A DNA stretch of 64,000 nt. Origin: Octopus bimaculoides. Its lineage: Eukaryota. The stretch lies in the NCBI RefSeq assembly GCF_001194135.2, contig NC_068998.1, positions 12,409,525 through 12,473,524 of the forward strand, given 5' to 3'. Under the pieces are notes generated by a model, which saw only the letters and a list, made by a program, of their open reading frames with translations, was not told where the DNA came from and searched no databases. Position numbers and translations under genes: made by a program. Shown here in pieces: positions 50,707 through 64,000 of this stretch. Every line of letters begins with the position of its first letter. The stretch's first letter is position 1.

Positions 50707-51640
50707 ATTATTCAGTTTATTTCAAGATTTCTTGCTAATAGAGAAAGAATCGGTTTCTAGCCTAGATCCATGGTTCCTTCATTGGAATTTCAACATCAAC
50801 AACATGTAATGTACGTATGTATTCTCATGCATATAGTTACAAATCTAGACATCTTTATATATATTTAAATGATAAACTTCTGGAAAGTTTTAAAGATTTT
50901 TACAGTTTCAGTGATGGACTTGATCTGTAGTCTTCAAATTAGCTTTCTCGTTTCTGGTTTTAAGAAGCCTAATCTTTTAAGATTGGTATTTAGGCAATGT
51001 GTTACATATCCCAGGGCCCCAATAATTACAGGTACAAACCTGAACTTATATTCTGGATAGAGTAACTGCAGATTTCTCAATAGTTCAGCATGGTGTTCTC
51101 TTTCTCACTTATCTTCAGCTTTATGTTAACATCCGCTGGGCAGCTAATTTCCACAGCTGCGCATAGTTTCTCTTCTCTATCTCAAATCATTATATCAGGT
51201 CTGTTGTGCTTACATTTTATTGAGGTCTTAACTGGTACATTCCACCAGTATTCCTTTTCATTATAGTGGCTATGGCTTCTACCATATTGTGGGCTTTCAT
51301 TTCTTTATCCTCGAGATTATCCTTCCGATGCTACAGCGTCATGTCTCATCGGTAGATAATACCGTAATTATATTTTCGGACAACTCCTTATGATGAGGGT
51401 GATATCTTCAGTGTGAACTCCACAAAGTCTGCATCAGTTGCCACATTTTACAGCTTTTCCCGCATTTCTATCCCTTTTGTGCATCAGGTACTTGGTTGAT
51501 ATTTCCTGTTTCTGGATTGCAAACGCATACCCTTCAAAGTGGGAGGTAGTAATCCGGCTATTCGTCCATGAGAGACTGCTTTGATGATCAATGTAACTAT
51601 CGTCACGGAGCTTTTTGGTAATAAGCTAAATTTAAAAACG
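50707..51640 (-). mobile_element. RLE-type non-LTR retrotransposon 3' portion (zinc knuckle plus restriction-like endonuclease)
   Basis: FEGYAFAIQKQEIST..CRLCGVHTEDITLIIRSCPK..RHDAVA..WWNVPVKTSIKCKHNRPDIMIWDREEKLCAAVEISCPADVNIKLKISEKEN; 3' end runs into (CATA)n. Confidence 0.9.
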
Positions 51641-52350
51641 AGGCTCTGTCTTTGTTAACTAAAGTTAACTTGAAAAATGCACACATGTCAACTTACATAA
51701 TAACAGACATAAAGACATATAAGATAAGTGAGCGTATGTGCGTGTGATATTTATTTAAATTGCAAACATTTGGGTATTTTCCCTCTAAATAAACTGAATG
51801 AAGAAGAATAATTTATTCATTAATGGCCTAAAATTAAGCTGATAGCAAATCTTGGAAAATCCCCAGACAAAAGAAATACGCGATGTTATCTCTTTGTTTA
51901 AACCATGAAAAAGAAACATGCCTACCAATCTAATAACTAAATTAAAAATAATAAAGTGCACACGCCAATAATGGCGTTCGCACGTGGTTGACTGGCCTAC
52001 TAGAAATATCAGTTAAATCGCCCTCGTATAACTCTACCATTTGTTTTGTTTTAAACTTAACCCTACCACTTGGAGCTTGAGTGTTTAAGCAAAGTTCACT
52101 CTAAATTAAAGATAATAAAAATACACGCTCCGATGACAACACCTCTACGTTGTCACTTGTCTTGATGAAAATAACAGTTGAATCTCTTTCAAATAACATT
52201 CTACCATCTTTGTCTATGGTAACTTTAATTCCACCACTTAGCACTTGAGATAGTTAATCCACTCTAATTCTAGCATTCGGCTGAAGTTTCCAGTTTGAAG
52301 AAAACTTCTGTTCCCAGTCCCAGAGACTTCCTCCTATGACTAAGATATTG

Positions 52351-52559
52351 GTTTCAAATTTTGGCACAAGTTCGAGGGAAGGAGCTAGCCAATTTCATTG
52401 ACCACAGTGCTCAACTGGTACTTATTTGGATCAACTCTGAAAGAATGAAAGGCAAAGTCAACCCCGGCAGCATTTGAACCCAGAATGTAAAAACAGGCAA
52501 AATGCCAATAAGCATTTTTCCCGTGGCAGTAACGATTCTACCAGCTTGCTGCCTTTCCC
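52351..52559 (-). mobile_element. SINE family A with target-site duplication
   Basis: ATGACTAAGATATTG at 52336-52350 and 52560-52574. Confidence 0.85.
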
Positions 52560-53956
52560 ATGACTAAGATATTGCAAAACAATTGACTTAAGACGCATTA
52601 TGCCTGAAAAATATTATGCGAGGATGGTGATAGCTGGAACACTTTTGATCATTTAGCATTGTCTCTTTCACAGATGATCTAGGGCTAAACAACAAGACTC
52701 AAAACAATATACCACACCAGAGCTAATTAAGTGTTTTCGCTGTCACGTCTGGCTAATTGAGAGGTTATCAAAGATTCTCTGTGAATTGCTCTGAACTAGT
52801 ACAACCAGCAATTAAACTCGTTAAAACTAATCTGCAAACAAAACAAAAAAACTTTCCATTAGCTCCAGTTGTCAGTAAGTACGTCAGGCTTGAAATTTTT
52901 CACCCACTACACCATTAACTCATGTATATCATTGCTTATCTCTGAAAAACTGTCATTTATATTATTCTCACACCATCTGAATGTTACTTAGTATAAAACA
53001 ACAAAAAGAAAGCTATAAAAATCAAATCAAACGTTGAGAAATTTAGTTAACAGGCAATTCAGAATACTTCTATTTTTGTGATTTTTTGTTGTCTCACTAG
53101 TAGGACATGAATATAACAAATGTAGTTAAGATGTTTGCACTCGCAACTGTGTCATCCTGAATTCAGCTCCACTGCGCAGCATCTTCTGCAAACTAACTTC
53201 TACCATAGCCTCGAATTCACTAGTATCTTCTGAAAGGAATTTGATAATTAAAAACTGTGCGGAAGTCGTCATACATACATACGTACGTACGTACATACAT
53301 GCATACATACATGTATTTATATACGTGTATGTATGTATGTATGTATGCATGTATGTATGTATGTATGTATGTATGCATGTATGTATGTGTGTATATATGT
53401 ATGTTTGTATATATATGTATATTCTCTTTTTCTTTTTCATTTTAGAGTAAATTTTGCCAGGCCACCTACTTGTTTGCAAGGTTGTGAAGGAAAGCAGTTT
53501 GTTTTAACCATCATCCTTTCAATCTTGAGGTCTCACAGATTTTTATAGTCCCAGATATCGTATCCATTTGTGGCATATAAATTGAAGCACGCCGGGTAAC
53601 ATGCTTTGCAGCATTAGGTCCATCTTTACGTTCTGAGTTCAAATTCCATCGTGATGGACTTTGTTTTTCATCCTTTGGGGATAGATAAAACAAGTACCAG
53701 TTGAGTACTTGTGTCGCTGAAATCGACTTAGCCTCTTCCCCAAAATTACTAGCATTGTACCAAAATTTGAAATCAATACTGTTATTATCATCATCGTAGA
53801 CAGATCTCGTATCGTCTTTAGAACCCAAGGAATGAATTATAATCAATGATCAAAAGTCATTCGGGATTCTTTCTTCAGCTCAATTTTCGTGCTAACGATT
53901 CAACTAGCTCACTATCTGAATATTAATAATAATATGAAATGATAATGATGATGATG

Positions 53957-54014
<58 letters not shown>

Positions 54015-54029
54015 TAATAATAATAAATT

Positions 54030-54380
54030 TAATTTGTGGCATCTTAAAACGAGAACTGTTCCTGTTATTGTAGGTGCCCTAAGTATGATAAAAAAAGGGA
54101 TGTTAGAAACATCTAGATAAGATCCCAGGAGAACCATGTCTCAGAGAAATCCAAAAGATTGCACTGACAAGTACTGCCCAAATCCTTAGAAAAACCCAAT
54201 CCATTTAAATGCCTGTGTTGTATTACATGAAGATATTCTGCTACTTCCCCTCCCCAAGCTTTCAGTCATACTGTAACATCTCTTATCCTTCACTCGCCCC
54301 AGGACACTGGGTGTGTCTCGGCAAGTGATTGTAACAAAGATGCAGATTAGAAGTAAAACAACAGCAGCAACAACAACAAC
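54030..54380 (+). mobile_element. R4/Dong-like RLE element 3' end following (TAA)n
   Basis: WHLKTRTVPVIVGALSMIKKG..HLDKIPGEPCLREIQKIALTSTAQILRKTQSI*; ends in (AAC)n/(AAT)n. Confidence 0.85.
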
Positions 54381-54567
54381 AATAATATGGGTCCCACCTG
54401 CAAGGTGATCCGCTGTTTATATTGTTACAAGGTCACCGTATTGCACACATATGGTTGTGATGTATATCTCTAGTATATCCTTATCAGACGGGTAGTAATG
54501 ATGGGTATACTGGGCTTCGTATATTTGTACCCGCGTCGCTTTGATGAGATGCGCTGCTCCCTCACTC

Positions 54568-54618
<51 letters not shown>

Positions 54619-54918
54619 TTATATGGAATGTATTTCTGTACTGTTCTCTCTACTTACCCTACCCAAACTTTGAATTACATCTAAACAGCTCTTAAGTTTC
54701 GCTTGCCCTAGAGTGCTGAATGAGACACGACAAGATGATATGATATCAGCTGCGCAGATTGAAAGCAAAATGATAAAAATTTGAAGAAATAGAAAAGGAA
54801 GAGGAAGAAGAAGAACAACAACAAAAACTTCAACAGCTGCAATAAAAAAAAAAAGAACAAGAGCGAGAACAAGAGGAGGAGGATAAAAAAGCTGCTGCTG
54901 CTGCTACCGCTACTGATA

Positions 54919-54953
<35 letters not shown>

Positions 54954-55006
54954 AATGGTGATGATAACGATGGTGATGATGATGATGATGACGATGGTGG
55001 TGGTGG

Positions 55007-55039
<33 letters not shown>

Positions 55040-55199
55040 CGACGACGACGTCTATAGATAAAAGTCACTCAGAACAAACGAAGAATTTATGGGAAAGAGA
55101 ACGAAAGTATACATTGTCGTATATGAAAACGTAATAAAACTAGTGCAAAATGAGTATGAATACAAACATGCAAGAGAACTGAAGAGTTTTTTTTTTTTA

Positions 55200-55408
55200 A
55201 CCTAAAAGTGACAGCTACACCTGTGCTAATTGGTTCCCGCATCACAATATCCAAATTGTTATCGAAGAGACTGAAGGATATCGCAATTGAGACATATTGT
55301 AGACCTACCGAAACGTGCCATCCTATTCCTGCTAGAATTCTAAGAAAGACGGGTCAGATATCAGAAACCTTGTCACCACTTCTCAAGATAAACAAATGCG
55401 AATACATT

Positions 55409-55411
<3 letters not shown>
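55200..55411 (+). mobile_element. Older RLE element C-terminal fragment followed by (AAT)n
   Basis: TATPVLIGSRITISKLLSKRLKDIAIET..ARILRKT. Confidence 0.6.
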
Positions 55412-55482
<71 letters not shown>

Positions 55483-55732
55483 AATAATAATGTTTTCTTT
55501 CTTTAATATTTAGTAGCTGTTGCCTGGTTGACATGACAACCGAAACAAAATTCAAAATGCTGGTAGGTATTCTTCGCGATAATTGATTGAAGTGAAATTA
55601 ATTTGTCTTATGAAACATGTTTGCGTGACATAATCACACAGAAAATACCATCCAGTTTCTGAAAAAAAGACATAGTTAATCCAAATGCCAACGGTGAAAA
55701 TGAAGGAAAAAAAAAATAAACACGAAAACAGA

Positions 55733-55823
<91 letters not shown>

Positions 55824-56326
55824 CCAGCATAGATGTAAGAGAGTAGGGATTTGCGCAAGTAGAAAGTTTTAGTTTGTCTGGCTGATCTAATTTTAGCATC
55901 TGAGCCACAATCGATTATCAGACTTGTAAGAAAAAGCAGCCAATTCTGTTAGTACCAGAGCTATCTATTGCTAAAAATATATTCACCATTAAGCTAAATA
56001 TCCGGCTACGAGTCATTGCTTAAGTTCCCTCTACATATTTGCTTGCACAATGAATGTGTATTATCGTTGTTTGCAGAAAAATGCAGTTTAGAAAATTACG
56101 TTGTAAGGAATCTACATCAGCGGCTTTCAATGTTTGTTTTGGAAACCTCTCCATTCTTTCAATTTTTTTCTTTCTTTCTCTCCCCCCGCCACCTATCTCT
56201 CTCAGAGATAGATAGATAGATCGGTCGATAGCTAGTCCGACATGCTGCATGTAAAAGAGAAGGTATTTGCAAATGCAAAAAGTTTTTGTTTGTCTAGCTG
56301 ATCTAATTTTACCACAAAGAAAGAAA

Positions 56327-56368
<42 letters not shown>

Positions 56369-56374
56369 AGCACA

Positions 56375-56453
<79 letters not shown>

Positions 56454-56710
56454 GTATCTATCTACGCACAAGAGTTAAGGAATGGAGAAGATAAAATCCG
56501 GGTTACATATGTTTCATAGCGAGCGGAACCTCGGAAGAGGTAAATATCCAAGCGAGGTGTATACTACAGGCTACTCTTTAGGTCAAGCATATCCAAAACC
56601 TTCCGTCTCAGTAAACCACTATTGTTCTTGAAAGTTGTTCTTTATATTTACTACAGATTACTTGAAGCTAACTTTCTTCCAACACCTCGATCCCTGGATC
56701 TTATATGTGT

Positions 56711-56751
<41 letters not shown>

Positions 56752-57544
56752 CTTGTGTATATGAATATATATATTGTGTATATATATATATATATATATA
56801 ATTATATATATATAGGCAACCAATACAAATTCCAAAGCATAATTTAAAACACACAACGAAATAAATATACATATAAATTTATAAATAAGTGAACAAAATT
56901 ACATGTAAAAGTCATATGTAAAAACTATGTATCATGTACGTTGGGTTCAGGTACCGAATGGAGAAGTGACAAACAAAGTAATATAAATTCGAGGTAAGGG
57001 CTTCCAAAAGGAACTGTTCGAATCGATGAAGAATTTGATGTTTATACGAAATGTCGGATGAGAGTTCAAAATTTAAAAATTCAGGGGTAAATAGGTAGAT
57101 AAAATAAAGTACCAGTTGAATACTGGGGTCGATGCCATCGACTTACCCCTCCCACGAAATTACTGGCCTTGAGCCAAAATTTGAAACCAGCAAAATAAAC
57201 ATGTACACGAGCTTACATAGAAGGATATGTATGTAAACATATAGCCAGACCATAATGCTAAAAAGTAAGCACTTCTATGAGATTGAATCTGTCAACGGTG
57301 TTATAAATGTAATTTTAATGAAGTGTATATAATCATAGAAGTAAAATGATACATGCGACAGAAGCAATCAGAAGGATATATAAGGCTGTTTCATAGTTTA
57401 GAATTACAGAACCAAGGCGAAACGGATATAATCCGAAGAATGTCAAGTGGTTAAATAAATGTATTAATATATTAACCTCCCAAATCTCCTGGCTTTTGTG
57501 GTTTATACGAACACACACACACACACACACACACATGTATATGC

Positions 57545-57606
<62 letters not shown>

Positions 57607-57765
57607 CTACATGTGTGTATGCAAGTGTGTGTGTATGCACAATTACATTACATCCATGCATTCATGAATATGGTTGAATTGTTACAGCATCAGACAAATA
57701 CTTTAAGGTATTTCTTCCGAGTCTTTACGTTTTGAAGAAGATGTGTAATTTAACTACTCTTTCAG

Positions 57766-57945
57766 AGTCCAGCAAACGTCCAGTCGATAACCATACATTC
57801 GCTCAACACGTTGTAATGACTGGGGTAAAAGTTTTCTTACAACGTGCGATTATCCACAATAGTATAGAATCTAATGTGCAGAGTTTTGAGTTGACTGATT
57901 TCAGCGGATCATCACCTTCATATTTCGAGATAGCTTCGAAGTCAG
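57766..57945 (+). CDS. Internal coding exon (phase 1/1, 180 nt) encoding a divergent cadherin-like repeat; rest of gene not identified
   Basis: Acceptor ttaactactctttcAG|, donor TCAG|GTatgg, open frame, length divisible by 3. Peptide (E)SSKRPVDNHTFAQHVVMTGVKVFLQRAIIHNSIESNVQSFELTDFSGSSPSYFEIASKS(G) aligns by eye to the cadherin pattern P..F/Y..V...G..V...A...N..F/Y.L....YF.I...SG and is split at the conserved G. Confidence 0.55.
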
Positions 57946-59419
57946 GTATGGAGAACAACTCATTTGTCTACACATTTCCACGGCACATAGTTATAAGGAT
58001 TTACGGATGAAATCAATTTTTAGCTTAAAATATTTCCCGAATGAAGTAACATATGAAGGTATAATTACTGAATTCCGTATATATAGGATACATTTAATAG
58101 AATTCTCAGCTAAAGAATTGGATACATTCCCCACAGTGAAACTGTGAAATATCAACAAATAGCTTATTTCGTTGGATAACAAAATATTTTCCATCATCAA
58201 AATCCTGAGGCAGAGGCCAGCACGATTTTAGTACATTCTTTATCAGTGGCCCGGGAACGAAATTTGTTTAGTGGATGCAAACTCAGGTCCAAATGTTTTT
58301 ACAAAAAAGGCCGATTTGTTTTCCGATTTTAATATCAAAACAATCATAGGTATAATGATATTTCTTATAATAATAAAAAAATTTTCTGTACTCGCTCAGT
58401 TTCAGTGCGCTCCCGAAATCTCCAAAATTCTGCTCAACCCATTCTGCCTCTACTTGATTTATAAATGTACTCGGTTATTTCTAAAACCTAAAAAGTTTTG
58501 GATTTTCCACTACATTTTACTTTTTTTTGTATTTATTCACACATTAATTGTTATGGGCCGACATCTCACCTCGGCTTTCTCGGTCAATGCGAAAACGGCT
58601 CGATGTTTGTGGATTCAACATCACACTTTACCGAAAAACAAAAAGTCGTTCAAAATTGTATGAACTAACATTTCATCCTCTGATATGACACTTATAACGT
58701 TCTTGTCTACTTCTCTTCGCATTAATCTAATTGTAATATCATACAAGGTGATTGCTCATTAATAATTGCTGTAAATGAATCAATATCTGCAGATTCGCAA
58801 CTGATAATACTATTTAGTGTAAATATTACACGTTGTAAATCTCGTTGGAAGCCGGACCGAAGGTCAACGTGTAATCTTTCAAGTAACTCTGCAAATAAGT
58901 CAGATAAACTGTTCTGTGTAGGAAAAAAATTTCAGTGATACACAGGCACACGCGAATATGTATGTATGTTATTATCCTAATTCTCCAACATCAGCAAATT
59001 CACGACTGATAGCACTATTTTATGTATGTATGTATGTATGTATGTATGTATGTATGTATGTATGTATGTGTGTGTGTATGTATACATATATGTATGTATT
59101 AAAACATTTATGTATGCATATCTACATACATACATATACGCATACATAAAAAAAAGGACCAAATGTCCTCCCCGAACCATAGGCTCATATGACCAGTTTC
59201 CAGGATTCTGTGGCGTATGGATTCCTGGTACGTCGTTGTGTGAACTGGAGCAGCCAAAAAGAAAGAAAAAAGGAAAAAGCCTAAGTGATTTGCTCAGGAA
59301 CGTAACGTATCACACGATCCATAAATAGAAACCACAATCATATGATCGTGTGTGCAAGAACTTAGCCACTGAACAACACATCGCAACAAAGACAGACTCC
59401 ACAAAGACACCCTCTAAAA

Positions 59420-59512
59420 GAGTGGTTCTTCAGTTTTTCTAAACCCTCTAAAAGAAATAGGAAGTTTGGCGATACTCTTAAAGCCAGGAACTTTTCATCA
59501 CCCCCTCGTGTA
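59420..59512. mobile_element. Mariner-type terminal repeat fragment
   Basis: AAAGCCAGGAACTTTTCATCACCCCCTCGTG; reverse complement resembles the left TIR at 29784. Confidence 0.55.
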
Positions 59513-59543
59513 TATCTATCTATCTATCTATCTATCTATCTAC

Positions 59544-59575
<32 letters not shown>

Positions 59576-60808
59576 ATTGCATTTAAATTGGATTTAATTT
59601 TCATCAACTTCATAATTATCAATAATTAATGATGGGTCTTTTTTAAAGCACCTCTTTACATTTATGCAGTTCGATATAATAGTGATTTATCCGTCAATAG
59701 CTAAATCTCGTCTTCAAAATACTTTAGAAATCGGTGAATGTCTCACTCCAATTAGATATGGACATTAATATTAATGTAATTTCACGGTAGTTTCTTTGAG
59801 GCTAAACGTAGTTGCTAGAAATTTTTGATGTATTCTTGTGATCGGAAGATATAACTGAGAAATATGATTTTACACTTTAAAGTTACTTTAGTGGAGATTC
59901 AGCTAACTTTAATCAGTTCTTTTTTTTTTCTCCTGATGATGGGTATTAATTTGGCGAAGTGTGAATGGTAATAAAATCAAAGCTGCTTGGAAGTAGTTCA
60001 TCAATATATTTAAAGAGTTATAGCTAAACATCACAGTAGATGATCTTTTCATAAACAATTTCTCAGATATAACTCTTGATTCAACTACTGTTAAATTCTG
60101 TTCTTATAGTAATGTTTATATAAACTTGCAGTATATTAATATTCATTCTAACCATCCATAAATAATTATCTAAAATATTTGTTAGCTCATATTCAACACA
60201 TCCTCTGGCGATAAATCTTTTAACCGTGCCATTTATTACTACAATGATATTAAAAGACAGAGGCTTCAACTAAAATACTTTAATATTCATAAACATTAAT
60301 ATTATAAATTACTACAATAATATTCATAAACGCAAAATAGGAAATGAATTATTTTATTGCATAATCCTCTAGATAGGTTAAATGTCCTTTCAGAAGTTAA
60401 CAAGCTTTACCTAAACAGTATGAATCGGCATTTTTTTGTAGATCATTCATGTAAGATAATTAATAAGAGAAGCGTTTAAGTATGCTATAGTTACACAAAG
60501 AATTTGCTGTCTACATCATAAGTACGTCCATAAAAAAAACACTGTGGTTCGATGTATTCTACTAGCCCTCTTCTTCTTCTTCTTCTTCTTCTTCTTCTTC
60601 TTCTTCTTCTTCTTCTTCTTCTTNNNNNNNNNNCCCGTTTTATGCTGGTAGATAGATTTCGATCAGTTACCCTACAAATCTGTAAGAAATAATAACTCTA
60701 TATTACAGCGTAAGGATGTTTGGTGATTATTGATTTCTTACGATATAACCAGATGTTATGACTTCCGTTACCTCAGAGACGTCTCTTTCCATCACTTTCT
60801 CTCTCCCA

Positions 60809-60857
<49 letters not shown>

Positions 60858-61039
60858 CTCCGGCAACTCCAACAACCCGGGTCAACCTTGAGCGACTGCA
60901 TCACAACTAACGCATTCTATAGTGGATTAGTGTATGTATGTATGTATGTATGTATGTATGTATGTATGTATGTATGTATGTATGTATGCATGTATGTATG
61001 TAATGGGTGATTCAACGTCATCCCAGTTGATTGACCTGG

Positions 61040-61350
61040 GCACAGGAAGCTCTACAATCTACAAAGGTAACAATCACAGCCGGCATATTATTTCTGCTTG
61101 CAGCTGCCCTCTAGAACATGAAAGTACCTCGACCATGAAAGTACCTCCAGATTTGAAAGTACCTCCACCATCTTCTCTCAGCTACGAATTCTGCCTTCCC
61201 CTACCGGATCCACAATACCAACCGCGCTTTTCATTAGCTTAACCACTTCCTTTCTCCCTGCTACCTCAGCTCCTCTTCACAATGGACATTACGTCTCTGT
61301 ACACTGGTCTTCTCCAAAATGGAGTCTTCTTGCTCTCAAATACTGTGTTT
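61040..61350 (+). mobile_element. Penelope-like RT fragment
   Basis: TIYKGNNHSRHIISACSCPLE (PKIHK..GRPIISAC) and FTMDITSLYT; interrupted by three TGAAAGTACCTC units at about 61119-61167. Confidence 0.8.
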
Positions 61351-62097
61351 CATTTTGCTCATTTCTCTCATTTCACTAGGCTCGCCTGCCTAGCTAGTGA
61401 GGTGGCATCATTTGAAAGCTACAACAATGCGAGGAAATGCATTGTGACGAGCAGTGTATAAGAACATTCGATTGTTTGGTCATCGATACAGTGATATATG
61501 TGTGAGTATGTTGATGTATGCATGTATGCATATATATGTATATATGCATATATACACACATATATATATATACATATATAAACGTATATGTACATACATA
61601 CGCACGTACATGCATACATATATATGTATATGTATATATANNNNNNNNNNNNNNNNNNNNNNNNNNNNNNNNNNNNNNNNNNNNNNNNNNNNNNNNNNNN
61701 NNNNNNNNNNNNNNNNNNNNNNNNNNNNNNNNNNNNNNNNNNNNNNNNNNNNNNNNNNNNNNNNNNNNNNNNNNNNNNNNNNNNNNNNNNNNNNNNNNNN
61801 NNNNNNNNNNNNNNNNNNNNNNNNNNNNNNNNNNNNNNNNNNNNNNNNNNNNNNNNNNNNNNNNNNNNNNNNNNNNNNNNNNNNNNNNNNNNNNNNNNNN
61901 NNNNNNNNNNNNNNNNNNNNNNNNNNNNNNNNNNNNNNNNNNNNNNNNNNNNNNNNNNNNNNNNNNNNNNNNNNNNNNNNNNNNNNNNNNNNNNNNNNNN
62001 NNNNNNNNNNNNNNNNNNNNNNNNNNNNNNNNNNNNNNNNNNNNNNNNNNNNNNNNNNNNNNNNNNNNNNNNNNNNNNNNNNNNNNNNNNNNNNNNN

Positions 62098-62163
<66 letters not shown>

Positions 62164-64000
62164 GAAAGGAAGGACCGTGTAATGTAGTGAGGCTGATTAT
62201 GAATTTCAATAATATGGCTAGAGGAATGACTGTAAGATAGAAACCAAACTTCATGATAAGCGAATACGTAGCGGTAGCGGAGATGTAAAGGATAGGATTA
62301 TAAGCATGATAAATCGATGAAGCTTTATGACTTCAATTTAGGTTTCTTCCAATCGATTGTTTCCTCTACATTTCAAAGCTGCTTACCGAAATACATTTGT
62401 TAATAGTGAGAAAGTCAATTAGGGTCAACGATTCCTGTTTTTGTGTGCAGGTATGTGTAGTTGTACGTTTATTTCTATGTATGTATGTATGTATGTATGT
62501 ATGTATGAATGTATGTATGTATCTATCTATCTATCTCTATATCTATATACTCATACATATATTATATGTATGTATATATGTAAATGTATATACATATATA
62601 TATATATGTATGTATGTACACACACAAACACACATATATGTATATTGTCTGTGTTCATTATGGATTTTGGATGCATCTGTCAGATGGCCACCCAGTGTAG
62701 ACAGGATGTGACAGGTGGCTCCACCAAGCAGCACTGAAGGTAAAAGATAAACGATATTAGTGTTAATAGTGCTGGGTGTCATTTTATTACGTGTATTTGT
62801 GACCGCTTTACAAACGCACACACACACATACACACACACATATATACATATACATGCATATATATATATATATATANNNNNNNNNNGTGTGTGTGTGTGT
62901 GTGTGTGTGCGTGTGCACGTGTGTTTGTGTGCGTGCGTTTGCGTGCGTGCATGTGTGTGCGTGCGTGTGTGTATGTGTGAGAGATATTTTTGTTTCTATG
63001 TGTTACTTTGTTTAGGTGTGTGCGCGTGGTTGCGTGTATGTTCTTCGTTTGTGTGTTTGTCTAGGCCTGAATGCACGCTGGTGAGTCTGTGTGTGGGTGT
63101 ATGTGTGTGTATCTATGCTTGTGTATATGTGTGTTCCAGTGTGCGTGTATCTGCTTTGTGCATGTAAAGGTGTGTAGGTTTACGTGTTCTGTATGCAGTG
63201 CGTCGACTTTGTTCATCTATGTGTGTGTGCGTGCGAGTGTGCATGTGGGTGTATGTGTGTATGTCTGACAACTGTGTTAGATAAAAGCCGGTTATGATTG
63301 ATAGTCTTTACTTTGGCCTACAAATGACAAGAAAAGATTTGGTAGCAATATAAGGCAGAACCGTCCTGTCTCTGATCACTGTTCTTGATTGATATTCGAA
63401 ACAAAACACATTGAAAATATTGAAACGCTGGAAAAATTTCTCGGCTCCCAAGAAGACAAACGGAGATTAAATTTATCAAATAGTTTTTTTTCTGATTGTT
63501 CTTAGTCGCTCTTTGTTGATCTTTGCCCTATTAATCCATTGTCAGGGAAATGTAATGGTAAACGAAAGTTATTAACGTGGTTTATCACACGCCATTGTTA
63601 TAGTAATTAAATGCAGCAATTTTTATTGCAATTAATGACTTCCATAGGACGTGTGAGTCTTAAATATTACAAGGTTATCAATCATAATTTCTCTCTGTAT
63701 CACTGATGTTTTGGGACTAGATATATGTGGTAGAGCAGATATATTGTAATTTTGTAATAAAATATACTTACATTGTGCTTCTGAAAATAATTGAAGTAAA
63801 TATAAGCGTCTACGTGCACTGTGTTTATAAATAACATCTGTGTGTGTGTGCGCGTGTATGTGTGTGCGTGTATGTGTGTGCGTGTATGTGTGGGCGTGTG
63901 TGCATTTAAAAATATGCATATATACATATACATATTATATTTATCTATGCGTGTATGTATATATATATATATATATATATTCTCACAAATATACATATGC

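Noticed and set aside
58748-58935. Next cadherin exon (open frame GDCSLIIAVNES..)
   Set aside because: Phase fits but there is no cadherin continuation motif (xI....LDxE) and no convincing donor.

Overview
AT-rich, microsatellite-saturated eukaryotic DNA from a gapped short-read assembly, with many N-runs almost all bordered by simple repeats. The SINE families and repeat landscape point to an Octopus genome (inference from recognised repeats, not checked by search). No complete gene is visible. The best coding signal is one 180-nt phase-1/phase-1 exon on + (57766-57945) with good splice sites, encoding a divergent cadherin-like repeat, so much of the window may be intron. Most other ORFs in the track are microsatellite read-throughs, gap artefacts or transposon fossils. 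The transposon record is diverse: RTE, CR1/L2-like, Tx1-like, RLE-type (R4/NeSL-like) and Penelope retroelements; mariner, Merlin, possible hAT and a Helitron; several MITEs; and at least three tRNA-derived SINE families. Most notable: (i) minimal hammerhead-ribozyme motifs from four different repeat families, including an inverted pair; (ii) RLE retrotransposons associated with (CATA)n and (TAA)n microsatellites; (iii) SINEs nested at homologous positions inside their own family; (iv) an RTE with a twin-priming-type 5' inversion; (v) a MITE whose TIRs carry octamer and CCAAT motifs. All homology calls come from manual translation and motif recognition.
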